This document shows positions 18,114 to 27,929 of a stretch of 64,000 nucleotides of DNA, piece after piece (position 1 is the first letter of the stretch; each line of letters begins with the position of its first letter). Location of the stretch: the NCBI GenBank assembly GCA_028684955.1, contig JAQUEY010000001.1:21593-85592 (forward strand), in the 5' to 3' direction. The position numbers were made by a program, and so were the translations under genes. Source of the stretch: Eubacteriales bacterium. GTDB taxonomy: Bacteria; Bacillota; Clostridia; Saccharofermentanales; UBA5734. Below the pieces are notes generated by a model. That model saw nothing but the letters and a program-made list of their open reading frames with translations. It did no database searches and was not told where the DNA came from.

Positions 18114-19391
18114 ATGTCTGTCAGAATCGAAACCCAGTGTATCCATGAAGGTTACAAGCCGGCCAAGGGTGAACCCAGGCAACTGCCCATCTATCAAAGC
18201 ACCACGTTCAAATACGATACCAGTGACGAGATGGGCCGGTTATTTGATCTCGAGGAAGCGGGCTATTTTTACACCCGCCTGCAAAACCCAACCAATGATG
18301 CTGTCGCTGACAAGATCCGGGCCCTGGAGGGTGGTGCGGCCGCCATGCTGACTGCCTCCGGCCAGGCAGCCAACTTCTATGCGATTTTCAACATCTGTGA
18401 ATCCGGGGACCATTTTATAGCTACTTCTTCGATCTATGGCGGTACGTACAACCTGTTCGGCGTCACCTTGAAAAAAATGGGCATCGAATGCACCTTTGTC
18501 AATCAGGATTTGCCGGAAAACGAGTTGGACCGGTATTTCCAGCCAAACACCAAAGCTGTTTTCGGCGAGACCATCACCAATCCGACCGTCGCCGTGTTTG
18601 ACATCGAGAAATTCGCCCGTCTGGCCCACAAGCACGGGGTGCCGCTGATCGTGGACAACACCTTTGCAACACCGATCAATTGCCGCCCCTTTGAATGGGG
18701 TGCCGACATCGTCACCCATTCGACAACCAAGTACATGGACGGGCATGCGGCCGGCGTGGGTGGCTGCATCGTCGACAGCGGCAAGTTCGACTGGCTGGCC
18801 CAGGCCGAAAAATTCCCCGGCCTGACCACACCGGATGACTCCTATCACGGCATCATCTACGCCGAACGGTTCGGTCCGGGTGCCTACATCACCAAAGCCA
18901 CCGCCCAGCTGATGCGCGACATCGGAGCCATCCAGTCGCCGCAAAATGCCTTCTATCTGAATTTCGGTCTGGAAACCCTGCATCTGCGCATGAAGCAACA
19001 CTGTGCCAATGCCCTGGCCGTTGCCCAATACCTGGCAAGCCATTCCAAGATCGCCTGGGTCAACTATCCGGATCTGCCAACCAGTCCATCCTTTGAGCTG
19101 GCTCAAAAATACCTGCCACACGGCTCTTGCGGCGTCCTGGCGTTCGGGGTCAAAGGCAGCCGCGAACAGGCCAATCGATTCATGGACAGTTTGCAGCTGG
19201 CATCGATCGTCACCCATGTGGCCGATAGCAAGACCTGCCTGCTCCATCCGGCCAGCCATACGCACCGCCAGTTGTCCAACGAGCAATTGCAGGCTGCAGG
19301 CATTGCGCCTGACCTGATCCGCCTGTCGGTCGGCATTGAAAATGTGGCAGATATCATCGAGGACTTGGAGCAGGCCCTCGGCAAGATCTGA
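18114..19391 (+). CDS. metY: O-acetylhomoserine sulfhydrylase / aminocarboxypropyltransferase (PLP-dependent)
   Basis: IHEGY...PIYQSTTFKYD...GYFYTRLQNPT...VDNTFATP...HSTTKYMDGH (PLP lysine)...LSVGIE. Confidence 0.88.
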   Translation: MSVRIETQCIHEGYKPAKGEPRQLPIYQSTTFKYDTSDEMGRLFDLEEAGYFYTRLQNPTNDAVADKIRALEGGAAAMLTASGQAANFYAIFNICESGDHFIATSSIYGGTYNLFGVTLKKMGIECTFVNQDLPENELDRYFQPNTKAVFGETITNPTVAVFDIEKFARLAHKHGVPLIVDNTFATPINCRPFEWGADIVTHSTTKYMDGHAAGVGGCIVDSGKFDWLAQAEKFPGLTTPDDSYHGIIYAERFGPGAYITKATAQLMRDIGAIQSPQNAFYLNFGLETLHLRMKQHCANALAVAQYLASHSKIAWVNYPDLPTSPSFELAQKYLPHGSCGVLAFGVKGSREQANRFMDSLQLASIVTHVADSKTCLLHPASHTHRQLSNEQLQAAGIAPDLIRLSVGIENVADIIEDLEQALGKI

Positions 19392-19415
19392 GTAAAAGGT
19401 CCAAGCTAGACAAAT

Positions 19416-19453
19416 AAAAAATCCTGGGGCCTCAATGAAGTCCCAGGATTTTT
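19416..19453. terminator. bidirectional intrinsic terminator (A-tract / hairpin / T-tract)
   Basis: AAAAATCCTGGG pairs with CCCAGGATTTTT around a 13-nt loop. Sits downstream of metY. Confidence 0.7.
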
Positions 19454-19457
19454 CGCT

Positions 19458-19492
19458 TGGCAAGGGAGACGCGATTCGAACACGCAACCCGC
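19458..19492 (-). pseudogene. 3' fragment of tRNA-Trp (T arm, acceptor 3' strand, CCA); no 5' half
   Basis: The reverse complement matches the 3' 35 nt of the intact tRNA-Trp at 20300-20334, with one acceptor-stem change. The sequence diverges inside the anticodon stem. Confidence 0.85.
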
Positions 19493-19601
19493 AGCTATTT
19501 AGCTTAGAGATAGTCAGAGAATAGTGCTTCATATCAGAAAATATGGTATTGTATTTGATATCATGTAATTAATTTCAATTTATTTCATCTAACAATAACT
19601 G

Positions 19602-19856
19602 TTGGAGGGGGTCATTGAGATTAGTACATATGAAAAGCTTGATGCCAAGGTTCGAAGTTTACCAAGTAATTTATCCATGAATGAAGCAGATCGTTTTTTA
19701 CGGCATTATGGATTTGTTAAAGTCAGGCAAAGAGGATCTCATTGTGTTTACAAAAGAGCGGCAGCACCAATCATCAATATCCAAGGCTCAATCATACCTG
19801 AATATCAAGTTGCTCAGATGATCATTGCTGTTGATCGTATTCAGAAAGAGGTTTAA
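19602..19856 (+). CDS. hicA: HicA-family mRNA interferase toxin (start codon uncertain)
   Basis: ADRFLRHYGFVKVRQRGSHCVYKR fits the HicA pattern (GF...R..GSH..Y). Track start is TTG 19602. Alternative is ATG 19677, giving a 59-aa protein of typical HicA size (see findings). Confidence 0.7.
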   Translation: MEGVIEISTYEKLDAKVRSLPSNLSMNEADRFLRHYGFVKVRQRGSHCVYKRAAAPIINIQGSIIPEYQVAQMIIAVDRIQKEV

Positions 19857-19860
19857 TAAC

Positions 19861-20259
19861 ATGTATCCAGAATACAAGAAACTCATTTTCCCGTATTCCA
19901 ATCGGGATGGATCCGTCTCATGGGTCGTTGACTTTCCTGACTTACCTGGCTGTTCAGCAGTCGGAAAAACTCAGGAAGAGGCCCTGGGCGAGTCTAAAAT
20001 AGCCAGTGAATTGTGGCTAGATGCTTATTATGATGAACATCATTGCTATCCTGAAGCAAAGCAAATGAGTCAAACATTTAGTGGCAGAATCGCTTTGAGA
20101 ATTCCCAAAACGTTACACAAAGAACTTAGCGAACAAGCGCAACTCGAGGGAGTCAGCCTGAATTCACTCATTATCACTCTGTTGGCACAAAATTTTGGTA
20201 AGCGTCTCAGTAGGCCTGTCATCAATATCAAAGAAAAGAGATATAGGGCAAGCGTATAA
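19861..20259 (+). CDS. hicB: HicB-family antitoxin with C-terminal ribbon-helix-helix domain
   Basis: N-terminal HicB fold pattern (SWVVDFPDLPGCSAVGKTQEEAL) and C-terminal RHH (GRIALRIPKTLHKELSEQAQLEGVSLNSLIITLL). ATG 19861 is 4 nt after the hicA stop. Confidence 0.8.
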   Translation: MYPEYKKLIFPYSNRDGSVSWVVDFPDLPGCSAVGKTQEEALGESKIASELWLDAYYDEHHCYPEAKQMSQTFSGRIALRIPKTLHKELSEQAQLEGVSLNSLIITLLAQNFGKRLSRPVINIKEKRYRASV

Positions 20260-20334
20260 AAAATCCTGGGGCCTCAATGAAGTCCCAGGATTTTTCGCTT
20301 GGCAGGGGAGACGCGATTCGAACACGCAACCCGC
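20256..20334. repeat. 79-bp direct repeat, copy 2 (part of the intact tRNA-Trp plus terminator)
   Basis: See copy 1. The hicB stop codon TAA (20257-20259) lies inside the repeat. Confidence 0.95.
20258..20295. terminator. bidirectional intrinsic terminator (duplicate copy) serving hicB (+) and tRNA-Trp (-)
   Basis: Same hairpin as 19416-19453. Confidence 0.7.
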
Positions 20335-20374
20335 GGTTTTGGAGACCGCTGCTCTACCGTTGAGCCACTCCCCT
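20300..20374 (-). tRNA. tRNA-Trp (anticodon CCA), CCA encoded
   Basis: Reverse complement: AGGGGAG-TG-GCTC-AACGGTA-GAGC-A-GCGGT-CTCCAAA-ACCGC-GGGTT-GCGTG-TTCGAAT-CGCGT-CTCCCCT-G-CCA. Confidence 0.9.
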
Positions 20375-20462
20375 AAGCGCGAAGTCAATGATAGCATTGC
20401 CGCCGGGAGCTGTCAATCTGGAAAATTTATTCGGTACAGACGATTCTATAAGTCCGTTCGAA

Positions 20463-20492
20463 TTGCCACGTGCTCGTTTGGAATGGTATGAT
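20463..20492 (+). promoter_or_regulatory. candidate promoter for proC
   Basis: TTGCCA (20463-20468), 18-nt spacer, TATGAT (20487-20492) with TG at -15/-14. Confidence 0.35.
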
Positions 20493-20555
20493 TTGTCTGC
20501 GACCGCCATTTTTGGCGGCTCTATTTGCTGTCAAAAACCTACAGGAGGATCTCCT

Positions 20556-21365
20556 ATGAAATTAGCAGTCATCGGTACCGGACAGATGGGCCAGGCTCTG
20601 GTTCACGCCATGATCAGCCAGGCGGCCATTCCTGCCGAGTCAATCATCTTGTATGACAGCCAGGCGGACAAAGCCCTGGCGCTGGCCGAGACTTTTGGTT
20701 GCGAAGTGTCCGCCTCGGGACGGGAGGCTGCCAGTTCTGCGGATGCCATTCTTTTAGCCGTCAAACCTCAGGTCATGAAAACAGTCCTCGAGGACTTGGC
20801 CGGAGATTTAAGGGCAGACGCTCTGCTGATATCGATCGCTGCCGGCGTCACGCTGGCTCAGCTGCGCAACTGGGCTGGTCCATCGGTAGCCCTCGCCCGG
20901 GTCATGCCCAATACGCCGGCCATGGTTCACAGTGGCGTCAGCGCAGTCTGTTTCGACCAGGCCAGCGAAGACCTGCAAGCCTGGACCGTGCACCTGCTCG
21001 AATCCAGTGGTCTCGTCTTCAAGGTGCCTGAATCAGCGATGGATGCGGTGACAGGCCTTTCCGGCAGTGGACCCGCCTATGTGATGCTGGTGATCGAGGC
21101 CCTCGCCGATGGCGGTGTGCGCATGGGATTGCCGCGCGACATGGCGTTGCAAATGGCTGCCCAGACGGTCTATGGCTCAGCCAAGCTGGTGCTGGCCACC
21201 GGTAAGCATCCAGGGGTTCTCAAGGACCAGGTCTGTTCTCCGGGTGGCACCACGATTGAAGCGGTTGCGACCTTGGAGAAAAATGGCCTGCGTTCGAGTC
21301 TGATCGAGGCGGTCACAGCTGCGACCGAACGTTCGCGGGAACTGGGTCGGGGATTGAAAGCTTGA
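20556..21365 (+). CDS. proC: pyrroline-5-carboxylate reductase
   Basis: MKLAVIGTGQMGQAL...LLAVKPQ...RVMPNTPA...SGSGPAY...VCSPGGTT. ATG follows AGGAGG. Confidence 0.9.
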   Translation: MKLAVIGTGQMGQALVHAMISQAAIPAESIILYDSQADKALALAETFGCEVSASGREAASSADAILLAVKPQVMKTVLEDLAGDLRADALLISIAAGVTLAQLRNWAGPSVALARVMPNTPAMVHSGVSAVCFDQASEDLQAWTVHLLESSGLVFKVPESAMDAVTGLSGSGPAYVMLVIEALADGGVRMGLPRDMALQMAAQTVYGSAKLVLATGKHPGVLKDQVCSPGGTTIEAVATLEKNGLRSSLIEAVTAATERSRELGRGLKA

Positions 21366-21367
21366 GT

Positions 21368-21817
21368 ATGCCGCAGGTCGAGATCTACACCGATGGTGCC
21401 TGTTCTGGCAATCCAGGACCCGGCGGCTGGGCAGCGGTCCTGATCGCCGGAGGCATTGAAAAGGAAATCTCAGGTGGGGAAGCGGCCACCACCAATAACC
21501 GCATGGAACTGACGGCCGCGATCGAGGCTTTGAAAAAACTGAACCGGCCCTGTCAAGTCAGGCTTTACAGTGACAGTGCCTATCTGGTCTCTGCCTTCAA
21601 CCAGGGCTGGATCCGCAACTGGCAGAGAAATGGCTGGCGCAATGCGGCTAATGATCCGGTCAGCAACCCGGATCTCTGGCGGGCCCTGCTCGACGCCGCC
21701 CAGCCCCACACCGTCGAATGGATCAAGGTCAAGGGCCATTCTGATAATGTTTACAACAATCGCTGCGATAAATTGGCTGTCGCTGAAATCAAAGGAAGAG
21801 GATCCAACAATGCCTGA
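21368..21817 (+). CDS. rnhA: ribonuclease HI
   Basis: VEIYTDGACSGNPGPGGWAAVL...TTNNRMELTAAIEAL...LYSDSAY...VKGHSDNVYNNRCDKLA. Confidence 0.9.
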   Translation: MPQVEIYTDGACSGNPGPGGWAAVLIAGGIEKEISGGEAATTNNRMELTAAIEALKKLNRPCQVRLYSDSAYLVSAFNQGWIRNWQRNGWRNAANDPVSNPDLWRALLDAAQPHTVEWIKVKGHSDNVYNNRCDKLAVAEIKGRGSNNA

Positions 21818-22373
21818 ATCCGAACACAATTTTCGTGAAGAAACGACTGGCATGGACCAGAAATTCGCTGGTCGTGTTTTCCAGGTCGAGGTCCATGAGG
21901 TGCGTCTGCCGGACGGCCGCCTGGCAAGCCGGGAGATCGTCCGCCATTCCGGCGGAGCCTGTGTGGTCGCTATCGATGACCAGGACCATGTCTACCTGGT
22001 CCGGCAATATCGCAAACCTTATGACACTGAGCTGCTCGAACTGCCAGCTGGCAAGCTGGAACCAGGAGAAGATCCGCTGGCCTGTGCCACCCGTGAACTG
22101 ACGGAGGAAACCGGCATGACTGCCAGGTCCATCGAGTGGCTGGCCACTGTCTACCCATCGCCAGGCTATTGCAGTGAAACCCTCTCCATTTATCTGGCGA
22201 CCGGTCTGACCTATGGCCAGAGCAATCTCGATGATGGAGAATTTCTCAGTGTCCATCCTTATCCGCTTGAGGAAGCACTGGCTATGGTGGACCGCGGCGA
22301 CATCCGTGATGCCAAAACCATCGTTGGCCTGCTGCGGGCCCAGCGTGTCCTTCTCCAAAGGAAGGGGACCTGA
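21810..22373 (+). CDS. NUDIX hydrolase, ADP-ribose pyrophosphatase-like
   Basis: Nudix box GKLEPGEDPLACATRELTEETG. ATG 21810 overlaps the rnhA end by 8 nt. Confidence 0.8.
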   Translation: MPESEHNFREETTGMDQKFAGRVFQVEVHEVRLPDGRLASREIVRHSGGACVVAIDDQDHVYLVRQYRKPYDTELLELPAGKLEPGEDPLACATRELTEETGMTARSIEWLATVYPSPGYCSETLSIYLATGLTYGQSNLDDGEFLSVHPYPLEEALAMVDRGDIRDAKTIVGLLRAQRVLLQRKGT

Positions 22374-22376
22374 TCC

Positions 22377-25130
22377 TTGGCCAGCCGCAAACAGGTCAAT
22401 CACCACAAAGAAGTGACAGCGGTTGTGCTGCTGGCTGTAGCGATCCTTTTTGGAGCTGCTTATTACTGGCCATCTGCCAAGACTGGCTGGCTGGGCCATC
22501 TGCTGTACGACCTGGGTCGTGGCCTGCTGGGCGTGGCGGCCTATTTGCTGCCGCCTCTGCTGCTGTTCTTTGCAATCGAATTCTTGCTGGGCCACAATCA
22601 GCGCAAGGCGAATGAACGCATGACGTTTGTAGCCGGACTGATTCTTTCGATCACCTCGGTCTTGCATTTGGTGACAGTCGACCAACTGGTCTTGCAGGCT
22701 CGTTTTGCCAGCAAAGATGGAGCGGCTACGGCGTTGAACGCACTGTCCGAACTGTGGCATACCGGGATCGATACGACCCTGGCTGGTGAAGGGATGGTCC
22801 TGACGGGCGGACTTGTCAGCGGCATCCTGGCCCAGTCCATGCTGGCCATTGCCGGACCTGTGGGAGCCCTGATTTTGACCATCGCTTTGGTCATGGCCTT
22901 TTTGGTCCTGATTTTCAATGTCTCCTACACGCAGACAGCCCAGTCGACGGCAGAGGTCATCAAACGGACCGGCACCAGGATGGACCAGGCGATCCGCCAG
23001 GGCCTCGACCAGGCCCGGGCGCGCGAAGATCTGGACCACATCCATTCTGTCCGCACCAGGGATTCCTATGACATCGAGTTGTCTCCTGGCAACGCGGAGG
23101 AAACGCGACGCTCCCTGCTCCAGGGCTGGCAAGATTTCTGGCAGCGCCGGACAGCTGCACGGGACGCGGAGGAGCACCTCCCCGAGATCCCCGCTGCGGG
23201 AGGATTTGCCAGTGTCACTGGCTCGACGGAGGGTGCATTTGCCGGTTTTTCAGAAGATGAAGCCAAAGTCGCCCAGTTCGTGACGGAAGCCAAATTGCCC
23301 TTCACCATCCAGAAAGACAAAAATGGTTTTTTGACGATTTCACCTGTCGAACAGGAAGCTGCAGACACCACCATGAAACCCGAGCAGCCCCTGTCTGTGC
23401 AGCACCCAGCACCCCCCGTGCCTGCGCCAGCACCGCCGCCGTCAGAATCTGTACTGGCGCCGGCGGACTTCAAGTTTCCACAAGCGCCCAAACCAGCCGA
23501 ACCTGCCCTCGACCGCTCGAGCTGGGCCGACCGTACGACCTCGGAATCGCCGGTGATTCCCCAGGTTCATGCCCCGGTCAAACGTCAGGCGGCTGTGGGC
23601 CCGGATGGCCAACTGCGGTTAGTCGTCCCCTATGAACCACCGCCACTTTCGCTTTTGCGCGAAGACCACCTCAAGCAAGCCATCAACAACAGCCAGCAAT
23701 CCATCCAGGCTTTAGGCCTCAAGCTCGAAAAAACGCTGGAGAGTTTCGGTGTCTCCGCCAAGGTGATCCATTTCACAACCGGTCCCACGATCACCCGGTT
23801 TGAATTGTCACCGGGTCCTGGCGTCAAGGTCAGCAAAATCGTCAATCTGGCCGATGACATCGCCCTCAACCTGGCTGCCATGGGCGTGCGCATCGAGGCT
23901 CCGATTCCAGGCAAGGCAGCGATCGGCATCGAAATCCCCAACAAAGAGACCATGCCGGTCCTTCTGCGCAGCCTGATCGATTCGCGTGAGTTCCATGAGG
24001 CCAAATCACCCCTGACTGCGGCAATCGGACGCGACATTCAGGGCTTCCCGCTGCTGTGTGACTTGACGCGAATGCCACACATGCTGATCGCCGGTGCCAC
24101 CGGATCCGGCAAATCGGTTTGCATCAATTCGATCCTGATGAGCATTCTGTTCAAAGCATCGCCGGATGAAGTCAAAATGCTCATGATCGATCCGAAAGTC
24201 GTCGAGCTGAACATTTACAATGGTATCCCGCACCTGATCCACCCAGTCGTGACCGATCCGAAAAAAGCCGCCGGCACGCTGCAATGGGCGGTCAATGAAA
24301 TGGTCCGCCGCTACAGCCTGTTTGCCGAAAAATCCGTGCGTGACATCAGCTCTTACAATGCATCGGTGGGGTTTGGCCTGGAAGGCGACGAGGAAGAAGA
24401 AGAGAAGCTGCCTTTGATTCTTCTGGTCATCGATGAATTATCCGACCTGATGGCCACCACTCCGACCGAGGTCGAAGATGCCATCGCCCGCCTGACCGCC
24501 ATGGCCCGTGCCGCTGGCATCCACCTGATCATCGCCACCCAGCGGCCATCGGTTGACGTCATCACCGGCGTCATCAAGGCCAATATTCCATCCCGCATCG
24601 CCTTTGCAGTCGCCTCGCAAGTCGATTCCCGGACGATCCTGGACATGGCCGGGGCAGAAAAGCTCTTGGGCAAAGGCGACATGCTCTATTATCCGCAAAG
24701 TGCCGCCAAACCGATCCGCGGCCAGGGCGCGTTCATCACCGATGCCGAAGTGGAACGGATCATTGGCCACATCAAGAGTTTGCACCAGTCGAGCTATGAC
24801 CAGAAAGTCGCCGATGCCATCTCGACGGCCGCTGTCTCGAACGGGCGCAAAGACAAAGACAAGGACAAGGATGAGGGGGACAGCGATGAACTCCTGCCCC
24901 AGGCCCTGCAGATCTGCGTTGAAACTGGCTATGCTTCGGTCTCGTTGCTGCAGCGCCGGATGACAGTCGGCTATCCCCGTGCAGCCCGCCTGATCGATCG
25001 CATGCATGAACTCGGCTATATTGGCGGTTTCGAAGGCAGCAAGCCGAGGAAAGTCTTGATCACCCTGAACCAACTGATGGAAATGCAAATAAAGGCGCAG
25101 AACGATGCGTCTGACGAGGACTTGATATGA
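22377..25130 (+). CDS. ftsK: DNA translocase FtsK/SpoIIIE
   Basis: N-terminal transmembrane segments, Pro/Ala-rich linker, Walker [29 protein letters not shown], and a C-terminal gamma winged-helix ([21 protein letters not shown]). TTG start follows GGAAGGGGA. Confidence 0.92.
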   Translation: MASRKQVNHHKEVTAVVLLAVAILFGAAYYWPSAKTGWLGHLLYDLGRGLLGVAAYLLPPLLLFFAIEFLLGHNQRKANERMTFVAGLILSITSVLHLVTVDQLVLQARFASKDGAATALNALSELWHTGIDTTLAGEGMVLTGGLVSGILAQSMLAIAGPVGALILTIALVMAFLVLIFNVSYTQTAQSTAEVIKRTGTRMDQAIRQGLDQARAREDLDHIHSVRTRDSYDIELSPGNAEETRRSLLQGWQDFWQRRTAARDAEEHLPEIPAAGGFASVTGSTEGAFAGFSEDEAKVAQFVTEAKLPFTIQKDKNGFLTISPVEQEAADTTMKPEQPLSVQHPAPPVPAPAPPPSESVLAPADFKFPQAPKPAEPALDRSSWADRTTSESPVIPQVHAPVKRQAAVGPDGQLRLVVPYEPPPLSLLREDHLKQAINNSQQSIQALGLKLEKTLESFGVSAKVIHFTTGPTITRFELSPGPGVKVSKIVNLADDIALNLAAMGVRIEAPIPGKAAIGIEIPNKETMPVLLRSLIDSREFHEAKSPLTAAIGRDIQGFPLLCDLTRMPHMLIAGATGSGKSVCINSILMSILFKASPDEVKMLMIDPKVVELNIYNGIPHLIHPVVTDPKKAAGTLQWAVNEMVRRYSLFAEKSVRDISSYNASVGFGLEGDEEEEEKLPLILLVIDELSDLMATTPTEVEDAIARLTAMARAAGIHLIIATQRPSVDVITGVIKANIPSRIAFAVASQVDSRTILDMAGAEKLLGKGDMLYYPQSAAKPIRGQGAFITDAEVERIIGHIKSLHQSSYDQKVADAISTAAVSNGRKDKDKDKDEGDSDELLPQALQICVETGYASVSLLQRRMTVGYPRAARLIDRMHELGYIGGFEGSKPRKVLITLNQLMEMQIKAQNDASDEDLI

Positions 25131-27193
25131 CCCCCCTGATCCCTTTGACCCGTCAAGACATGCTCGAGCGTGGCTGGGATGAACTCGATTTCCTGTTCAT
25201 CACCGGTGACGCCTACGTGGACCACCCCAGTTTTGGTGCCGCCCTGATTGCCCGTCTGCTGGAGCAGGAAGGCTTTCGCATCGGCATCATCGCCCAGCCC
25301 GCTCTTTACGACCCCCGGGCTTTGCTGACTTTCGGCAAGCCCCGCCTGGCCACCCTGGTTTCATCTGGCGTGGTGGATTCGATGGTCAACAATTACACAG
25401 CTGCTCGTAAACCGCGCTCAGATGACCGTTACTCTCCTGGCGGCCAGGGTGGCATCCGCCCTGACCGGGCTTTGATCCGCTACTGCAACCTGGTGCGTGA
25501 CCAACTGGGGGATGTACCGCTGATCATCGGCGGTGTCGAAGCCAGCTTGAGGCGCTTTGCCCATTACGATTACTGGGACCACACCGTCCGCCGCACCATT
25601 CTGCAGGATACCCAGGCGGATCTTCTGGTTTACGGCATGGGTGAACGAACCATCCTCCAGATCGCCCGCCTGCTGGAAAAAGGTGTCCCGGTCCACAAGA
25701 TCAACAAGATTGCGGGCACCTGCATCCTGGCCCGGCCCGACCGTCTGCCGTCCGACCTGCAGGATTTCCTGGCAGCAGAATCCGGTTTTGCTTTTTCCAG
25801 CCTGGGCCAGGACAAGAAAAAACTGCTTTTGCACCCTTTCCCGGAAAATGATGCCTACATCCTGCTGCCAGGCTATCAGGAGGTGAGTCAGGACAAATGG
25901 CTCTATGCCACGGCTTTCCGGATGCAATACCATGAACAGGCTCCGGTTGATGGCAAGACCCTGGTCCAGCGCCACAGTGACCGTTATTTGATCCAGAACC
26001 CACCCCAGCCGCCCCTGTCGACTCAGGAACTGGACCAGGTGTTCGCGCTGCCCTATACCCGCAAGATCCACCCCTCCTACATCGCCCAAGGCGGTGTGCC
26101 AGCGATCGAAGAAGTGCGTTTTTCAATCAACAGCCATCGTGGCTGCTATGGTGGCTGCCATTTCTGCGCCATCACCTTCCACCATGGCCGGATCGTCACG
26201 CGGCGCAGTGAGGCATCGATCCTGAACGAAGCCAAAACTTTGATCGCAGATCCAGATTTCAAAGGTTACATCCACGACCTTGGTGGCCCGACTGCCAACT
26301 TTTTCGAGCCAGGCTGCGCCAAACAGGAAAAGGGAAGGGTCTGCAAGGACCGCCAGTGCATCACGCCGGATCCCTGTCCGGCGCTGCGCACTGACCACCG
26401 GTCGTATCTAGGCATCCTGAAAAAAGTCCGTTCCCTCGATGGCGTCAAAAAGGTTTTCATCCGTTCCGGGATCCGGTTTGACACCGTCCTGATGGATGAG
26501 AAATCCGGTTTTCTGGAGGAGGTCTGCCGCCATCATGTCAGTGGACAGCTGAAAGTGGCCCCGGAACATATCAGCGAGGGTACCTTGCGGGCGATGGGCA
26601 AGCCGGGTCCGGCTGTTTACCAGAGATTCAAAAAGCGGTATGAGCAAATCAATGCCGAGCTGGGTAAGAAGCAGTTCTTGGTGCCTTATTTGATTTCTGG
26701 CCACCCCGGCACGAGCCTGGAGGATGCAATCGAACTGGCCCTCTACATCAAAGCCAACCGGGTGGTACCGGAGCAAGTCCAGGATTTCTATCCAACACCA
26801 GGAACCGTTTCCACCACCATGTATCACACCGGTCTCGACCCAGAAACGCTCAATCCCATCCATGTGCCTGATCTGGCTGAAAAACGCCTGCAGCGGGCTT
26901 TGCTCCAGTACGCCAAGCCCAAATACCACCCCCTGGCCTTGCAAGCCTTGCAAAAAGCGGGCCGGGACGATCTAATCGGCTATGGACCAGACTGCCTGGT
27001 CCCGCCAAAACCCTATTCAATCAAGAACCACTCAGATAAAGCCCAGACAAAGAGGGAGGAAAAAAGTCATGACCACCATGATTCGCGGCAAGGAGCTCGC
27101 CGCACACCTGCGCAGCCAGCTGGCCGTAAAGGTCCGGGAAACCTACGAACAGACGGGCAAAAGACCCGGCCTGGCCGTCGTCCAGGTCGGTGA
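25127..27193 (+). CDS. ygiQ: YgiQ-family radical SAM protein (UPF0313)
   Basis: [30 protein letters not shown]..., a radical SAM core (CYGGCHFC), and a basic C-terminal tail. The last 125 nt overlap folD in another frame. Confidence 0.8.
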   Translation: MTPLIPLTRQDMLERGWDELDFLFITGDAYVDHPSFGAALIARLLEQEGFRIGIIAQPALYDPRALLTFGKPRLATLVSSGVVDSMVNNYTAARKPRSDDRYSPGGQGGIRPDRALIRYCNLVRDQLGDVPLIIGGVEASLRRFAHYDYWDHTVRRTILQDTQADLLVYGMGERTILQIARLLEKGVPVHKINKIAGTCILARPDRLPSDLQDFLAAESGFAFSSLGQDKKKLLLHPFPENDAYILLPGYQEVSQDKWLYATAFRMQYHEQAPVDGKTLVQRHSDRYLIQNPPQPPLSTQELDQVFALPYTRKIHPSYIAQGGVPAIEEVRFSINSHRGCYGGCHFCAITFHHGRIVTRRSEASILNEAKTLIADPDFKGYIHDLGGPTANFFEPGCAKQEKGRVCKDRQCITPDPCPALRTDHRSYLGILKKVRSLDGVKKVFIRSGIRFDTVLMDEKSGFLEEVCRHHVSGQLKVAPEHISEGTLRAMGKPGPAVYQRFKKRYEQINAELGKKQFLVPYLISGHPGTSLEDAIELALYIKANRVVPEQVQDFYPTPGTVSTTMYHTGLDPETLNPIHVPDLAEKRLQRALLQYAKPKYHPLALQALQKAGRDDLIGYGPDCLVPPKPYSIKNHSDKAQTKREEKSHDHHDSRQGARRTPAQPAGRKGPGNLRTDGQKTRPGRRPGR

Positions 27194-27929
27194 GGACCCA
27201 GCTTCAGCGATTTATGTCAACAACAAGAAAAAGGCCTGTGAAGAAGCTGGACTGATGTCCTATGGCTACCATCTGCCAGCGGATATTGAAGAGCACGAGC
27301 TTCTGGAACTGATCGACCAGCTCAACCAGGATCCTTCTGTGCACGGCATCCTGTGCCAGCTGCCGCTGCCGGACCAGATCAGTGAATTCAAGGTCATCAA
27401 TGCGATCGATCCGAAAAAAGACGTTGACGGATTCCACCCGGTCAATGTCGGTTTGCTTTCCCTCGGCAAAGACGGCCTGGTGTCCTGCACCCCTGCCGGC
27501 GTTCTTGAGATGCTCAAAGCCTACAACATTCCCCTGGTTGGAGCCAACTGTGTCATCGTCGGTCGCAGCAATATTGTCGGCAAACCAGTCGCCCAGCTGT
27601 TGCTCAAGGAACACTGCACCGTCACCATCACTCACTCGCGGACCCGCGATCTGGCTGCCGTCTGTCGCCAGGCCGATGTCCTGATCGCTGCCATCGGCAG
27701 GCCGGAGATGATCACAGCCGACTATGTCAAGCCGGGTGCGGTAGTCATTGATGTCGGCATCAACCGCAATGCCGCCGGAAAAGTGGTCGGCGATGTCGAT
27801 TTTGCCAGTGTCGAACCGGTCGCTTCGGCGATTTCGCCTGTTCCTGGTGGCGTTGGTCCGATGACCATCGCGATGTTGCTGGAAAACACGTGGCAAACCT
27901 TTTTGCGCCAGGAAGGGATCACGGCATGA
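27069..27929 (+). CDS. folD: bifunctional methylenetetrahydrofolate dehydrogenase/cyclohydrolase
   Basis: IRGKELA...[26 protein letters not shown]...GILCQLPLP...DGFHP.N.G...[12 protein letters not shown]...[13 protein letters not shown] follows GAGGGAGGA. Confidence 0.92.
   Translation: MTTMIRGKELAAHLRSQLAVKVRETYEQTGKRPGLAVVQVGEDPASAIYVNNKKKACEEAGLMSYGYHLPADIEEHELLELIDQLNQDPSVHGILCQLPLPDQISEFKVINAIDPKKDVDGFHPVNVGLLSLGKDGLVSCTPAGVLEMLKAYNIPLVGANCVIVGRSNIVGKPVAQLLLKEHCTVTITHSRTRDLAAVCRQADVLIAAIGRPEMITADYVKPGAVVIDVGINRNAAGKVVGDVDFASVEPVASAISPVPGGVGPMTIAMLLENTWQTFLRQEGITA

Larger units (their letters stand above)
19414..19492. repeat. 79-bp direct repeat, copy 1 (terminator plus 3' 35 nt of tRNA-Trp)
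   Basis: 78 of 79 positions identical to 20256-20334. The one mismatch is A19463 versus G20305. Confidence 0.95.
19414..20334. mobile_element. integrase-less att-flanked mini-island in the tRNA-Trp 3' end, carrying hicAB
   Basis: 79-bp direct repeats flank 763 bp of AT-rich DNA (19561-19600 has 7 G/C of 40; flanking 19321-19360 has 20 of 40). The repeat boundary lies in the anticodon stem, as at tyrosine-integrase att sites. Confidence 0.6.

Noticed and set aside
14941-19413. Possibility that the whole GH2-metY block between tRNA-Pro and the tRNA-Trp fragment is a genomic island.
   Set aside because: There is no direct repeat of the tRNA-Pro 3' end, no integrase, and composition looks like the rest of the window. 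Only the 19414-20334 segment has island hallmarks.
18240-19532. 430-aa ORF on the minus strand antisense to metY. Similar long antisense ORFs occur at 21789-23177, 39270-40430, 52397-53629, 53842-55038, 4316-5311 and 10616-11605.
   Set aside because: Each lies entirely opposite a gene with unmistakable conserved motifs. Their translations are low-complexity and Arg/Gly/Ala/Pro-rich with no recognisable domains. Stop-free antisense frames are expected in GC-rich coding DNA. The 18240-19532 ORF also reads through a terminator hairpin and the tRNA fragment.
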